Of a stretch of DNA of 64,000 nt, positions 1-10,313 are shown one piece after another. Positions within the stretch are counted from its first letter, which is position 1. The number at the start of each line of letters is the position of its first letter. A model generated the notes under the pieces. It made no database searches and had not been told where the DNA came from. It saw only the letters and a list, made by a program, of their open reading frames with translations. Location: NCBI GenBank assembly GCA_025455465.1, contig JALOMI010000003.1:1730-65729 (forward strand), read 5' to 3'. A program made the translations under genes and the position numbers. Origin of the DNA: Cyclobacteriaceae bacterium (lineage in GTDB: Bacteria; Bacteroidota; Bacteroidia; Cytophagales; Cyclobacteriaceae).

Positions 1-293
1 GGATTCGGACTAATTTACTTAAGTATTGGCTCAGGCGTCAGAAGAAATTCACACCGCGCAAACGCAGAATGGTGATGGTCTGGAAGAAATTCGGCCTGGC
101 CGGGTTGGCGTTGCTGGGTCCGCTTTTGCTCACACCCATCGGTTCAACCATTGCGGCAGTCAGCTTTGGCGCTCCAAAAGAACGAATCTTAGTTTACATG
201 TTCGCGAGCAGTGTGTTTTTTGCATTCTTGTTTTCGATACTGTTGTACACTTTCGGTGAAACGGTTTTGCCGGAATTTTTAAGGCCTGATTAG
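1..293 (+). CDS. 3' part of a small hydrophobic membrane protein. The frame is open to the window edge, and an internal ATG at 69 is an alternative start.
   Basis: Frame 3 has no stop from nt 3 to the TAG at 291-293. There are two hydrophobic stretches (GLAGLALLGPLLLTPIGSTIAAV and VYMFASSVFFAFLFSILLY). No family was recognised. Confidence 0.35.
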   Translation, partial: IRTNLLKYWLRRQKKFTPRKRRMVMVWKKFGLAGLALLGPLLLTPIGSTIAAVSFGAPKERILVYMFASSVFFAFLFSILLYTFGETVLPEFLRPD

Positions 294-323
294 AAATTAT
301 CTTTCAAGTAATCTGATGCTGCA

Positions 324-1541
324 ATGAGGTCGCTTTGCATACTATGGATGCTGTTCTTCATGCAAGTTACATGGGCACAGCGCAAAGCCGTATTCATTAT
401 CCTCGATGGTATTTCTGCCGATGCACTGGAAAAAACGAATACACCCTTCATCGATGAAATTGCTGCAGCCGGTGGATACACAAGGGCTAACACGGGTGGC
501 GTTAAAGGATCTTATAATGAATCGCCCACTATTTCAGCGCCCGGTTACAATCATATACTAACCGGTACCTGGTCGAATAAGCACAACGTATGGGATAACG
601 ACATCCGTGAGCCCAACTATAACTACCGCAACATCTTTCGCATTGCCGAGGAGCATAACCCGAACCTGAAGACAGCCATCTTCTCCACCTGGCTGGATAA
701 CCGAACCAAACTGATCGGGGATGGCTTGTCCCAGGCGGGCAACATCAGAATTGATTACGCCTTCGATGGCTTTGAACTTGATGAGGAAAAGTTTCCTCAT
801 GATGCCGACAAGCGTTACATCTTCGACATTGATGAACATGTTTCGAAAGAAGCAGCACGCTACCTGTTGGAGCACGGCCCTGATTTAAGTTGGGTGTACC
901 TGGAATACACCGATGATATGGGGCACCGGTTTGGTGACAGTCCGGAGTATACGGAAGCTATACAGCTGGCCGATGTGCAGGTGGGAAGAATCTGGCGCGC
1001 CATACAGCAGCGCATGCAGCAAACCGGAGAAGAGTGGATGATTGTAGTAACGACCGATCACGGCCGTGATGCCGCAACTGGAAAAGATCATGGCGGTCAA
1101 AGCGACCGCGAGCGCACCGTGTGGATCAGCACCAATTTGAATAAGCTGAACAAACGTTTTGGCAACGGCACGGCTTCTATTGACATCATGCCATCGATTC
1201 TCCGCTTCATGCAAATACCGTTACCGGAAGATCTTGAGCGCGAACTCGATGGCGTGCCCTTTATAGGCCGTGTTTCAGTGGCCAACCTTCGCACACAGCA
1301 GGAAGGGAAGAAGATCAGGCTGACTTGGGATGTGCTGGATGATTCAGGAGACGCAACCATCCTGATGAGTACCACAGATTATTTCAGGCAGGGTGGAGTG
1401 GATGTCTATAAAAAAATCAAGAAAGTGAAAGTTGCTGATGGCACAGCGTTGGTGAAGTCTCCGCAGTCATCATCAGGTGATTATAAATTTGTGTTATTGG
1501 TGCCTTTCAATAGCATCAATAATCAATTTGTAGACAAATGA
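324..1541 (+). CDS. Secreted alkaline-phosphatase-superfamily enzyme (type I phosphodiesterase / nucleotide pyrophosphatase-like)
   Basis: Signal peptide. AP-superfamily metal/nucleophile motifs are present: FIILDGISADAL, SPTISAPGYNHILTG (Thr nucleophile region), YTDDMGH and VTTDHGR. Confidence 0.8.
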   Translation: MRSLCILWMLFFMQVTWAQRKAVFIILDGISADALEKTNTPFIDEIAAAGGYTRANTGGVKGSYNESPTISAPGYNHILTGTWSNKHNVWDNDIREPNYNYRNIFRIAEEHNPNLKTAIFSTWLDNRTKLIGDGLSQAGNIRIDYAFDGFELDEEKFPHDADKRYIFDIDEHVSKEAARYLLEHGPDLSWVYLEYTDDMGHRFGDSPEYTEAIQLADVQVGRIWRAIQQRMQQTGEEWMIVVTTDHGRDAATGKDHGGQSDRERTVWISTNLNKLNKRFGNGTASIDIMPSILRFMQIPLPEDLERELDGVPFIGRVSVANLRTQQEGKKIRLTWDVLDDSGDATILMSTTDYFRQGGVDVYKKIKKVKVADGTALVKSPQSSSGDYKFVLLVPFNSINNQFVDK

Positions 1542-1554
1542 AAATGAGCAGTCC

Positions 1555-2460
1555 TTACATTTCAGGTTGATCCGGCAACACCTCAATATCATGTATCAGT
1601 ACCCGCTTGGCAATGGCCTGCCCGGTTTTGGTTGCGGCCAGACCGCCTAACGCAGTTTCTTTATAACGTGTTTCCATGCTGGCGCCAATTTCACCCATAG
1701 CTTCAATCACTTCGTCCACCGGTATTACACTGCTCACATTGGCCAGGGCAATCTGCGCGGAGCTGTTGGCAATCGCGGCTGCGCTGGCATTGCGTACAAT
1801 ACAGGGTACTTCCACCAGTCCGGCAACCGGATCGCAAACCAATCCCAGCATACACTGAACGGTAATGGCAACGGCATTGAAAATTTGATCGGTGTTGCCA
1901 CCCAGGCAAAACACAATAGCGGCTGAGCCCATCGCTGCGGCAGTGCCGGTTTCGGCCTGGCATCCGCCTACGGCACCGGCAATACTGGCCTTCTGTTCCA
2001 TGATCAGCGCAACACCGGCAGCCAGTAACATGGCTTCCAGGATTTGCTGATCATCAATATGATGAATCTCCTGAAGCGTAAATAAAACACCTGGCATAAT
2101 ACCACTGGCTCCTGCCGTGGGCGCGGCAACGATTCTGCCCATGCAGGAGTTGACTTCCTTAGCCGCCAGCGCACGCGATATGAGGTTTTGAAATTCTTTA
2201 GATAATACCGCTTTGGGGTAGTTGTACACTTTCTTCGCTCCGTTGTTTACCATGCCCGAACGCGAAGTCATTTCTTCCGTAAGCCCAGTGTGTACAGCCT
2301 CTTTCATCACCTGCCAGGCTGTGTGCAAGCCATTCCAGATTTCCGCTTCGGTGCGATTCTTTTGAGTTTGTTCGTATTCCAGAACTACCTGCACCAGCGT
2401 GAGTTTTTTTTCTCCCGCATAGGTTTTCCAGTTCGCGAATGAATCAAATAAAAAGGCCAT
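1555..2460 (-). CDS. sdaAA: Iron-sulfur-dependent L-serine dehydratase, alpha subunit
   Basis: 301 aa, collinear with B. subtilis SdaAA as recalled: AAPTAGASGIMPG, GAVGGCQAETGTAAAMG, MLGLVCDPVAGLVEVPC, GGLAAT. Confidence 0.85.
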   Translation of the reverse strand: MAFLFDSFANWKTYAGEKKLTLVQVVLEYEQTQKNRTEAEIWNGLHTAWQVMKEAVHTGLTEEMTSRSGMVNNGAKKVYNYPKAVLSKEFQNLISRALAAKEVNSCMGRIVAAPTAGASGIMPGVLFTLQEIHHIDDQQILEAMLLAAGVALIMEQKASIAGAVGGCQAETGTAAAMGSAAIVFCLGGNTDQIFNAVAITVQCMLGLVCDPVAGLVEVPCIVRNASAAAIANSSAQIALANVSSVIPVDEVIEAMGEIGASMETRYKETALGGLAATKTGQAIAKRVLIHDIEVLPDQPEM

Positions 2461-2506
2461 AACTGACTGCTGATTTGGTTTACCGAATTACGACTTATTC
2501 CATCAT

Positions 2507-3319
2507 CTAAACAATGCCAGTCAATTCCGCTATTTTCTGAAGCGCTACCAGGCTGTTGACAATCAGGAAGAGAATGGTCACTGTGCGGGATGAAATGTTC
2601 TTGCTGAAGATCACACCGAGGGGAGAACCGATTAACACACCCAGTGAAATGGGCAGTACCAGTGGCCATACAATTAATCCTTGTGTATTGGGTATTGCAT
2701 TGGAAGGCTCAAAGAAGAGATTGTTCACGGAAAGCCACAAGGCAATAGCGAAGATGGTACCGAACGATATCGACTTGGCTTTCAGGATATCCACTTTTTG
2801 CCACAGATTAAGCAGAGGTATGATCAATGTTCCTCCGCCAAGACCGGTTAAGGCAGCTGCCGTTCCAGCAGTACACCCGGTAATGAGCAAGCGGTTACGG
2901 GTTACCTGCTCATCCTGCGGATTGGAAAGCCGGAGCTTCTTAAACGTCTGAATGATGATGATAAACATGAAAAACACAACCACACTGTTAAAGAAGTTTC
3001 GTGAATAGAAGGAACTTTTGGCAATAGTTTCGAATACCAAAAAGGATGTGATTACCGCGCCCAGCGCCACCCACAGTGTTTCCCGGAGGTAGAACGATTT
3101 TTGCCGGATAGTCGTGAGCATATTAGCCAGTGAGGAGACAAAGGTGGCAAAGATGGCGTTGGCTATCGTGACAGGAACAAAGTAACTTTCGGGCACACCA
3201 AACAAAGGCAATGCCAGGGGTATTACAGCCAGCATAATAAAGCCGGTACCAATACCCGTAAGTCCGGCAATAAAGCCACCGGTCAGCCCGGCTGCTGCCA
3301 GCAATAAATTTTCAATCAT
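2507..3319 (-). CDS. TauE/SafE-family (sulfite exporter-like) membrane permease
   Basis: 270 aa polytopic protein with duplicated Gly-rich TM repeats (GLTGGFIAGLTGIGTG and AALTGLGGGTLIIPLL) typical of the TauE/SafE family. Confidence 0.75.
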   Translation of the reverse strand: MIENLLLAAAGLTGGFIAGLTGIGTGFIMLAVIPLALPLFGVPESYFVPVTIANAIFATFVSSLANMLTTIRQKSFYLRETLWVALGAVITSFLVFETIAKSSFYSRNFFNSVVVFFMFIIIIQTFKKLRLSNPQDEQVTRNRLLITGCTAGTAAALTGLGGGTLIIPLLNLWQKVDILKAKSISFGTIFAIALWLSVNNLFFEPSNAIPNTQGLIVWPLVLPISLGVLIGSPLGVIFSKNISSRTVTILFLIVNSLVALQKIAELTGIV

Positions 3320-3360
3320 CAGAATTATCGAAAGCCATTATCTTTCCGCAAGTTATACCG

Positions 3361-3789
3361 ATGCTGAAAAGTTACCTACTCCTGCTGTCATTTTGGATTA
3401 TCATACCCGTGCAAGAACCGGATATGTGGCAGGTCTTGTCGGAAGTGGGTTTTGAAACGCACCCCAGCCGGGAGAAGGGTTATGAAATCGATACGCCTAA
3501 ATTCAGTAAGCGGCTGCTCAGTTATCAAAATAAGAAGGTCCGCATTAAAGGCTACCTGGTGCCCTTAACAGAATCCGGAGGGAAAAATCAATACATGCTA
3601 TCAGCATTGCCGTTCAACCAGTGCTATTTCTGTGGCGGTGCCGGTCCTGAGACAATCGTGGAGTTGCAGACCAGTCAATCCATCCGATTTGTTACCAGGC
3701 AGATTACCATGGAAGGAACGCTCCTGCTGAATGATTCGGACCCCGATCATCACATGTACATTTTAAAAGATGCCCGCATTCTCGATTAA
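3361..3789 (+). CDS. Small secreted protein with a CYFCGGAGPET motif (DUF3299-like). It is a paralog of 5191..5646.
   Basis: N-terminal hydrophobic signal. It shares about one-third identity by eye with the 5191..5646 product (GY.VP, LP.N.CYFCG.GGPET.VE, G.L.LND.DPD). The family name is recalled from memory only. Confidence 0.6.
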   Translation: MLKSYLLLLSFWIIIPVQEPDMWQVLSEVGFETHPSREKGYEIDTPKFSKRLLSYQNKKVRIKGYLVPLTESGGKNQYMLSALPFNQCYFCGGAGPETIVELQTSQSIRFVTRQITMEGTLLLNDSDPDHHMYILKDARILD

Positions 3790-3810
3790 CTTTTACCTAC
3801 ACCATAAACG

Positions 3811-5187
3811 ATGATGTCAACCCGTTTAATCATTATCCTTCAGCTGATAGTCTCTTCGCTGTTGGCACAGTCCAATGACGAAGGCATGATCCGTAAAATC
3901 TATGATGAGGCCCTGGCCCGCGGGCAGTCGTATGAGATGCTGGAACACCTGTGTACAAAAATCGGGGCGCGGCTTAGTGGTTCTCCCGGTGCCGCTGCTG
4001 CGGTGGAGTGGAGCCGTCAGGTGATGCAGGCTTATGGTTTTGACAGCGTGTGGCTGCAACCGGTGATGGTGCCGCACTGGGTACGCGGCAATAAGGAGAT
4101 AGGACGTGTGGTTAACTCGAAGAAAGCGGGCTCTATGGAGATGAGTGTGGCCGCTCTTGGCGGATCGGTTGGTACTGGGCCCGGTGGTGTTCTGGCGAAT
4201 TTAGTGGAAGTAAAAAGCTGGGATGAACTTAAAACACTGGGAGAAAAGGGAGTGAAAGGAAAAATCGTTTTCTTCAATCGTCCGATGGATCCGAAACTGC
4301 TGCAGATGTTTGCTTCCTATGGCGGTGCAGTAGATCAGCGCGCCAATGGCGCTTCTGAAGCGGCTAAGTATGGTGCTGTTGGTGTTATCGTACGATCCAT
4401 GAGCGCGAACCTGGAAGACTATCCCCACACCGGATCGCTCCGCTATGCGCCCAACATTCCGAAGATTCCGGCATTGGCTATTTCCACACGTCATGCCGAA
4501 TTGCTCAGCGGTTTGTTGAGTGATGATAAGGACCTTCGATTCTACATGGAGATGAATTGCCAGACATTGCCGGATGCACCATCGTTCAATGTGATCGGTG
4601 AATTGCGCGGCACAAAGTATCCAAAAGAAATCATTGTTGTTGGCGGACATCTCGACAGCTGGGATCTCGGGCAGGGTGCGCATGATGATGGAGCGGGCTG
4701 TGTGCAGTCCATTGAAGTGCTTCGCATCTTTAAGGCGATGGGCTATAAACCGCAGCGCACCATACGGGCCGTGATGTTTATGAATGAAGAGAACGGCTTG
4801 CGCGGAGGTATTGAATATGCCAACCAGGCTAAGCTGAAAAATGAACTGCACATTGCTGCAATGGAATCCGATCGCGGAGGCTTTACACCGCGTGGTTACA
4901 CGTTACCTGCCGATGCACGCGCGAAAGAAAAAATCAGAAGCTGGAAACCGTTACTGGAGCCATACGGCCTGCACGATTTTTCGCAGGAAGGGGGTGGTGC
5001 CGATATCAGTCCGCTGGCACCGCAGGGAGTACCGTTAATGGGCTACCTGCCTGATTCGCAACGCTACTTCAGTTTTCATCATACACCGGCAGATAATTTC
5101 GATACCGTAGATAAGCGTGAACTTGAACTGGGCGCAGCCTCAATGGCCGCACTGATTTACCTGATTGATCAGTACGGATTGAAGTAA
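3811..5187 (+). CDS. Secreted M28-family zinc aminopeptidase
   Basis: Signal peptide. M28 metal-ligand motifs are present: VGGHLDSWDLGQGAHDDGAGC, FMNEENGLRG and a HH near the C-terminus. Confidence 0.85.
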   Translation: MMSTRLIIILQLIVSSLLAQSNDEGMIRKIYDEALARGQSYEMLEHLCTKIGARLSGSPGAAAAVEWSRQVMQAYGFDSVWLQPVMVPHWVRGNKEIGRVVNSKKAGSMEMSVAALGGSVGTGPGGVLANLVEVKSWDELKTLGEKGVKGKIVFFNRPMDPKLLQMFASYGGAVDQRANGASEAAKYGAVGVIVRSMSANLEDYPHTGSLRYAPNIPKIPALAISTRHAELLSGLLSDDKDLRFYMEMNCQTLPDAPSFNVIGELRGTKYPKEIIVVGGHLDSWDLGQGAHDDGAGCVQSIEVLRIFKAMGYKPQRTIRAVMFMNEENGLRGGIEYANQAKLKNELHIAAMESDRGGFTPRGYTLPADARAKEKIRSWKPLLEPYGLHDFSQEGGGADISPLAPQGVPLMGYLPDSQRYFSFHHTPADNFDTVDKRELELGAASMAALIYLIDQYGLK

Positions 5188-5190
5188 GCC

Positions 5191-5646
5191 TTAAAAATCA
5201 ATGACACCAAGAAACTCGGCTTGCTCCAGCCGGTAGATCATCTGGTCAGGATCGGTATCATTAAGTTTAAGGATGCCGCGAACTTCCACGGGTTTATCTG
5301 TGTAGCTGATGACATTTTTCAGAAATACTTCAACCACTGTTTCCGGTCCGCCAACACCGCAGAAGTAACATGCATTCAACGGCAATGAAGTAAGCATAAA
5401 ACGATTTCCTGTGTTGCCGTTTTCAAAGGGTACCATATAACCGGGCAGCACGATAGTTTGGTTGTCGAGTTGTTTTACGGTTTCAGTGAATACCGGCTTT
5501 TCGTAATCACCGTAACGGTCTTGTGATTTCACATACGCAATAGCGTAGAGTTTCGGCCAGACAACAGAAGGAAAACCGGTATAGGTTTTCTGCTGACCCA
5601 TGGCCGGCAGTGATACAGTGATAAGCAGGGCGGCAAAAATTCTCAT
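5191..5646 (-). CDS. Small secreted protein with a CYFCGVGGPET motif (DUF3299-like). It is a paralog of 3361..3789.
   Basis: Signal peptide MRIFAALLITVSLPAMGQ. Its start ATG overlaps the stop of the upstream histidine kinase (ATGA at 5643-5646). Confidence 0.6.
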   Translation of the reverse strand: MRIFAALLITVSLPAMGQQKTYTGFPSVVWPKLYAIAYVKSQDRYGDYEKPVFTETVKQLDNQTIVLPGYMVPFENGNTGNRFMLTSLPLNACYFCGVGGPETVVEVFLKNVISYTDKPVEVRGILKLNDTDPDQMIYRLEQAEFLGVIDF

Positions 5647-7280
5647 GTCAGCTCCGGAAGTTCAATCGTAAATACAGAACCTTTTCCGAATTCTGTTTCG
5701 AGGTTGATTTTGCCTCCGATTTTCATCACCGATTCGCGGGCAATATAAAGTCCGAGACCGGAGCCCTTGGCGTTTTCACTCGCACGGTAAAACATATTGA
5801 ACACCTTGTCACGGTATTCCGGACGAATGCCTTCACCATTATCAGCAATGCTGATTTCATGTCTTGAATTTTTTCGTCTGGATGAGATGGTGACACGAGG
5901 TTCATGACCATTTGAATACCGTTGAAATTTAATGGCATTAGACAGCAGATTGTTAAGTATAATTTTCAAACGTGTTTTATCCTGACGGATGTGCTGATCC
6001 TGCAACCCATTCATGTCAAATTGTATGCGGTCATAGCCTTCCATATAGCGCAGGTTATCCAAAATTTCCTGGCAAAGCTCATGCAGTTTGATTTGTTCGG
6101 GCACAACCTCCGAGCGTTTATTTCGGGAGTAGTCCAGTATTTCGGCAATGAACGTATCGAGTTTGACTACGCTCCTTTCAATTTCATTCAGGTAAAGTTT
6201 TGACGCATCCGGTGATGTGTCCATTTTGCTTATGGTCACCAAACCGAGGATGGATTTGAGCGGGGCACTCAGATCATGTGATGCACTGTAGACAAAGCGG
6301 TCGAGTTCATTGTTGGCTGTTTCCAGTTCCTCATTCTTTTTGCTCAGACGTTTTTCAATGATCCGCAGGTCGGAGATTACACGACCGGTGAGTGCTACAA
6401 AAAATGATAACAGAATATTTCCCAGAAAGACGGTATATAATGGAGCAACCGAGGTAAACAGGTTGTTTTCTGTATCACCATAGAAAACGGGTAGCACGTA
6501 TGTGATGAAAAAGACATACAGGTTACAGTAAATAGCCGCCCGGAAACCGAAGCGTATCGCGATGTAGAGTGAAAAAACTCCGTACGCAAACCAGAATTTA
6601 TCAAACGGAGTAACGACAGAAAGCAGTAACAACATGGCATACACGATACCAATTTCAATCAAGCTGGTTGTCTTTGCTGTCTTTGGTAAGGGCAAATTTT
6701 TAGCCGGAGACTTGGCCAGTAAATTCTTTCGCTGGAGATAGGGTGTGAAAACGAACAGCAGCGTAACGGTAATACCAAAGCAGGCCATGAATTCGCCCAG
6801 CCAGTTGCGAATGAAATTCACTAAATATGTATCGGCTTCATATTGCCCGGTAATGGTGAAGATGGTTTGTAACAGGATCAATTCAACTGTGATTGGCAAT
6901 AAAATACCCAAAACCGTAAACAGCAGGAATTGACGCGTATTGGGTAACCAGTATTTTCCTTTTGCCAGCTTACAGAACAAGAAATAGGACAAGTAGGCAG
7001 CAAGTACTTCGGGAACGGCATATAAAGGCCACAGCAGCCAGTTTTCCACACCCCAGAAAAAGGTATTCAGGGTGGCGAGCAGATAATAGAGTGGTAAGAC
7101 TCGTTTGGGCCCCCACCAATGGATTAAAACAATCGCAAAAGCAGTAGGTAAATAAAAACTACTGACACCCTGGTCGTACTTAAAGATTAACGAAAAGTAT
7201 ATGGCGCCCTGCAAGATAGCAGCACTGATGAGCAGAGTCCACCATGGTAATGACTGATAGTTGTCGCCTGATTTCTTCAC
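5643..7280 (-). CDS. Polytopic-membrane sensor histidine kinase. No response regulator gene is present in the window.
   Basis: The first ~300 aa are hydrophobic with multiple TM helices, followed by a coiled coil. Kinase motifs are present: H-box FVYSASHDLSAPL, N-box LLSNAIKF, G1 IADNGEGI and G2 GSGLGLYI. Confidence 0.85.
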   Translation of the reverse strand: MKKSGDNYQSLPWWTLLISAAILQGAIYFSLIFKYDQGVSSFYLPTAFAIVLIHWWGPKRVLPLYYLLATLNTFFWGVENWLLWPLYAVPEVLAAYLSYFLFCKLAKGKYWLPNTRQFLLFTVLGILLPITVELILLQTIFTITGQYEADTYLVNFIRNWLGEFMACFGITVTLLFVFTPYLQRKNLLAKSPAKNLPLPKTAKTTSLIEIGIVYAMLLLLSVVTPFDKFWFAYGVFSLYIAIRFGFRAAIYCNLYVFFITYVLPVFYGDTENNLFTSVAPLYTVFLGNILLSFFVALTGRVISDLRIIEKRLSKKNEELETANNELDRFVYSASHDLSAPLKSILGLVTISKMDTSPDASKLYLNEIERSVVKLDTFIAEILDYSRNKRSEVVPEQIKLHELCQEILDNLRYMEGYDRIQFDMNGLQDQHIRQDKTRLKIILNNLLSNAIKFQRYSNGHEPRVTISSRRKNSRHEISIADNGEGIRPEYRDKVFNMFYRASENAKGSGLGLYIARESVMKIGGKINLETEFGKGSVFTIELPELT

Positions 7281-7333
7281 GTAAGAGCGGTAATGTATTT
7301 CTTGGAGTTCATAAAGATACTTTTTCCAAAAGA

Positions 7334-7364
7334 AAAACCCCTCGCTTTATGGCGAGGGGTTTTC
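7334..7364 (-). terminator. Rho-independent terminator downstream of gcvP
   Basis: Hairpin CCCCTCGC(7338-7345)/GCGAGGGG(7352-7359), followed on the minus strand by a T-run (TTTTTCTTTT). Confidence 0.6.
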
Positions 7365-7391
7365 GAAGCTTAATTGCGGTAAAAACCAGGC

Positions 7392-10262
7392 TTATGCCTG
7401 GACAGACTGCTGTGCATATTCTTCTATGGGCAGGCAACTGCAAACGAGGTTTCGGTCACCATAGGCATTGTCAATACGGCTTACGCTGGGCCAGAATTTG
7501 TTGTCCCGCACATAGGCAAGCGGGTAGGCCGCTTTCTGGCGACTGTAAGGCTTGTTCCATTCATCTGCGGTAATAACGAAAGCCGTATGCGGTGCATGTT
7601 TCAGTACATTATTCTCCTTATCGGCTTTACCTTCTTCTACCTCGCGGATTTCATTGCGGATTTCGATCAGGGCATCGCAGAAGCGGTCGAGTTCTTCTTT
7701 GGTTTCGCTTTCTGTCGGTTCGATCATCACTGTTCCTGCTACAGGGAAAGATACAGTAGGTGCATGGAATCCGTAATCCATCAAACGTTTGGCAATGTCT
7801 TCTACTTCAATGCCGGCCTTTTTGAAGTCGCGGCAGTCGACAATCATCTCGTGGGCACAACGGCCATTGGTGCCGGTATACAGAATTTTGTAATGACCTT
7901 CCAAACGGTCTTTAATGTAGTTGGCATTAAGGATGGCCAGTTTGGTAGCATTGGTTAATCCTTCGCCACCCATCATGGCAATGTAGGCATAGGAAATGGC
8001 AAGGATGCTGGCGCTTCCCCACGGAGCAGCCGACACTGCATTAATGGCATGATCTCCACCTGTCTTCACCACGGCATGTCCGGGAAGGAAAGGTTTCAGT
8101 TTATCGTTAACACAGATAGGGCCCATGCCGGGGCCACCGCCACCGTGCGGGATGCAGAATGTTTTATGGAGATTGAGGTGACACACATCTGCGCCAATGT
8201 TAGCCGGTGAGGTAAGACCCACCTGAGCATTCATGTTGGCGCCATCCATATACACCAGGCCACCGCATTGATGGATGGTATCACAGATTTCGGTGATGGC
8301 TTCTTCAAACACGCCATGGGTTGACGGGTAAGTAACCATCAGCGATGAAAGCCGGTCTTTGTATTGTTCGGCTTTTGCCTTCAGGTCGGCCACATCAATT
8401 TTGCCTTCGGCATCGGATTTAATAATCACCACTTCCATACCGGCCATCACCGCACTGGCGGGATTGGTGCCGTGAGCAGAAGAAGGGATGAGGGCTACGT
8501 TGCGATGATGATCACCGCGGTGCTGATGGTAAGCGCGGATAACCATGAGTCCGGCATATTCTCCTTGCGCACCGCTGTTTGGCTGCAGGGAAACACCGGT
8601 AAAGCCGGTTACTTCGGCTAGCCAGCTTTCCAAGTTGCTGAGCATTTCCTGGTAGCCTTCTGTTTGGTTGGCCGGGGCAAAGGGGTGGATGGAACCGAGT
8701 TCTGGCCATGTTACCGGAATCATTTCGGTAGTGGCATTCAGTTTCATGGTGCATGATCCCAGCGAGATCATGGAGTGTACCATCGAAAGGTCTTTGGTTT
8801 CCAACCGCTTGATGTAGCGCAGCATCTCGTGCTCGGCATGGTAGGAATTGAAAACCGGGTGTGTCATGAACGCTGTTGTACGTTGCAGGGAAGCCGGCCA
8901 GTTAATAGCCACCGTTGTTGCTGATTGTTTTGCTCCGCCAAAAATTTCCAGGATGGTATTTACATCTTCTGGTGATGTGGTTTCATCCAGCGAAATGCCG
9001 ACATGATTATTATCAAAATAACGGAAGTTAACCTGGTGTTTTTCCGCGGTCTTGCGGATGGCTTCTGCATCCGCCACCCTCAGCTTCAGCGTATCAAAGT
9101 AATATTCGTTTAACTGCTGGATGCCAAGTTGTTTTAGTCCTGCTTCAAGTGTTCTTGCCAGCCCATGAACTCGTCCGGCAATATTCTTCAGGCCTTCCGG
9201 TCCGTGATACACACCATACATACCAGCCATTACGGCCAGTAATACCTGTGCGGTGCAGATGTTAGACGTTGCTTTCTCCCTGCGGATATGCTGTTCTCGG
9301 GTTTGAAGCGCCATACGGAAAGCAGGTTTTCCCTGTGCATCGATGGAGGCACCAATGATACGACCGGGCATCTGGCGCTTGAATTCTTCTTTGGTCGCAA
9401 AGAAGGCTGCATGCGGACCGCCAAAGCCTTTTGGTATGCCGAAACGTTGACTGGAACCCACCACCACATCGGCACCCATTTCTCCGGGTGACTTCAGCAG
9501 GGTTAACGCCAGCAGGTCGGTGGCCATGGCCACATAAACATTGTTCTCATGGGCTGCCTGAATGAAGGCCGCGTGGTCTTTAATGCTTCCGTTGCTATCG
9601 GGATATTGAAGAAAGACAGCAAATAGATCAGAATCGGTGATGTCCAGCTTCGTCACATCACCGATCACGAGCTCAACACCTAACGGTGCTGAACGGGTTT
9701 TCAGCACATCGATAGTTTGCGGAAACGTATTTTCATCGACAAAGAATTTATTCGCATTCTTTTTAGCCGGCTTCAGCGAGGCGTGCAGTAAATGAAGGGC
9801 TTCCGCGGCTGCGGTGGCTTCATCCAGCAAGGAAGCATTGGCGATCTCCATACCGGTGAGGTCGATGACCATGGTCTGGTAGTTGATCAGCGCCTCCAGT
9901 CTTCCCTGGGCAATCTCTGCCTGGTAAGGTGTATAGGCTGTATACCACCCCGGATTTTCCAAAATATTGCGCAGGATCACACCGGGTGTATAGGTGCTGT
10001 AATAGCCCATACCGATATACGACTTGAACAGTTTGTTTTTTGAAACAATGCCTTTAAAGGATTTCAAAAATTGTTGCTCCGTTTGTGCGGAGGGCAAATT
10101 CAGTGGCTTTTTTAACCGGATGTTGGCCGGTACTGTCTGGTCGATGAGTTCATCAACAGATCCGGCTTTCACCACCTTCAGCATCGCTTCAATTTCCGAA
10201 GCGCTGGGCGCGTTATGCCGGTTTTCAAATTTTTCGGTGTACAGTGGATTTACGTGTGTCAT
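7392..10262 (-). CDS. gcvP: Glycine dehydrogenase (decarboxylating), glycine cleavage system P protein (single-chain form)
   Basis: 956 aa, full-length collinear with GcvP. It contains the PLP-Lys region [18 protein letters not shown]. Confidence 0.97.
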   Translation of the reverse strand: MTHVNPLYTEKFENRHNAPSASEIEAMLKVVKAGSVDELIDQTVPANIRLKKPLNLPSAQTEQQFLKSFKGIVSKNKLFKSYIGMGYYSTYTPGVILRNILENPGWYTAYTPYQAEIAQGRLEALINYQTMVIDLTGMEIANASLLDEATAAAEALHLLHASLKPAKKNANKFFVDENTFPQTIDVLKTRSAPLGVELVIGDVTKLDITDSDLFAVFLQYPDSNGSIKDHAAFIQAAHENNVYVAMATDLLALTLLKSPGEMGADVVVGSSQRFGIPKGFGGPHAAFFATKEEFKRQMPGRIIGASIDAQGKPAFRMALQTREQHIRREKATSNICTAQVLLAVMAGMYGVYHGPEGLKNIAGRVHGLARTLEAGLKQLGIQQLNEYYFDTLKLRVADAEAIRKTAEKHQVNFRYFDNNHVGISLDETTSPEDVNTILEIFGGAKQSATTVAINWPASLQRTTAFMTHPVFNSYHAEHEMLRYIKRLETKDLSMVHSMISLGSCTMKLNATTEMIPVTWPELGSIHPFAPANQTEGYQEMLSNLESWLAEVTGFTGVSLQPNSGAQGEYAGLMVIRAYHQHRGDHHRNVALIPSSAHGTNPASAVMAGMEVVIIKSDAEGKIDVADLKAKAEQYKDRLSSLMVTYPSTHGVFEEAITEICDTIHQCGGLVYMDGANMNAQVGLTSPANIGADVCHLNLHKTFCIPHGGGGPGMGPICVNDKLKPFLPGHAVVKTGGDHAINAVSAAPWGSASILAISYAYIAMMGGEGLTNATKLAILNANYIKDRLEGHYKILYTGTNGRCAHEMIVDCRDFKKAGIEVEDIAKRLMDYGFHAPTVSFPVAGTVMIEPTESETKEELDRFCDALIEIRNEIREVEEGKADKENNVLKHAPHTAFVITADEWNKPYSRQKAAYPLAYVRDNKFWPSVSRIDNAYGDRNLVCSCLPIEEYAQQSVQA

Positions 10263-10305
10263 GAGCTAATGATCTGGAGTAAAAGCTGGTTCTGTTCAGC
10301 GGGCA

Positions 10306-10313
10306 CAAAGGTA
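10306..10313 (-). promoter_or_regulatory. Candidate Bacteroidota -7 box (TACCTTTG) for gcvP
   Basis: Matches the TAnnTTTG consensus on the minus strand, 44 bp upstream of the gcvP ATG. The -33 TTG spacing is imperfect. Confidence 0.3.

Noticed and set aside
2398-2412. A8/T8 homopolymer tracts inside coding regions (sdaAA at ~2405, the TPR gene at ~34736-34743, the beta-lactamase-fold gene at ~15147-15154), considered as possible phase-variation switches.
   Set aside because: - They encode ordinary Lys-Lys or Phe-Phe dipeptides in frame.
- The tracts are short.
- No evidence of slipped alternative frames was seen.
4201-4851. 216-aa ORF antisense to the M28 peptidase gene. Similar long antisense or shadow ORFs occur at 21057-21512, 22473-23003, 50158-50637, 62924-63394, 33337-33792 and 34252-34704.
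   Set aside because: - Each lies entirely inside a well-supported gene on the opposite strand.
- The translations are low-complexity or Arg/Cys/His-rich, with no recognisable motifs.
- This is typical of frame-shadow ORFs in ~50% GC DNA.
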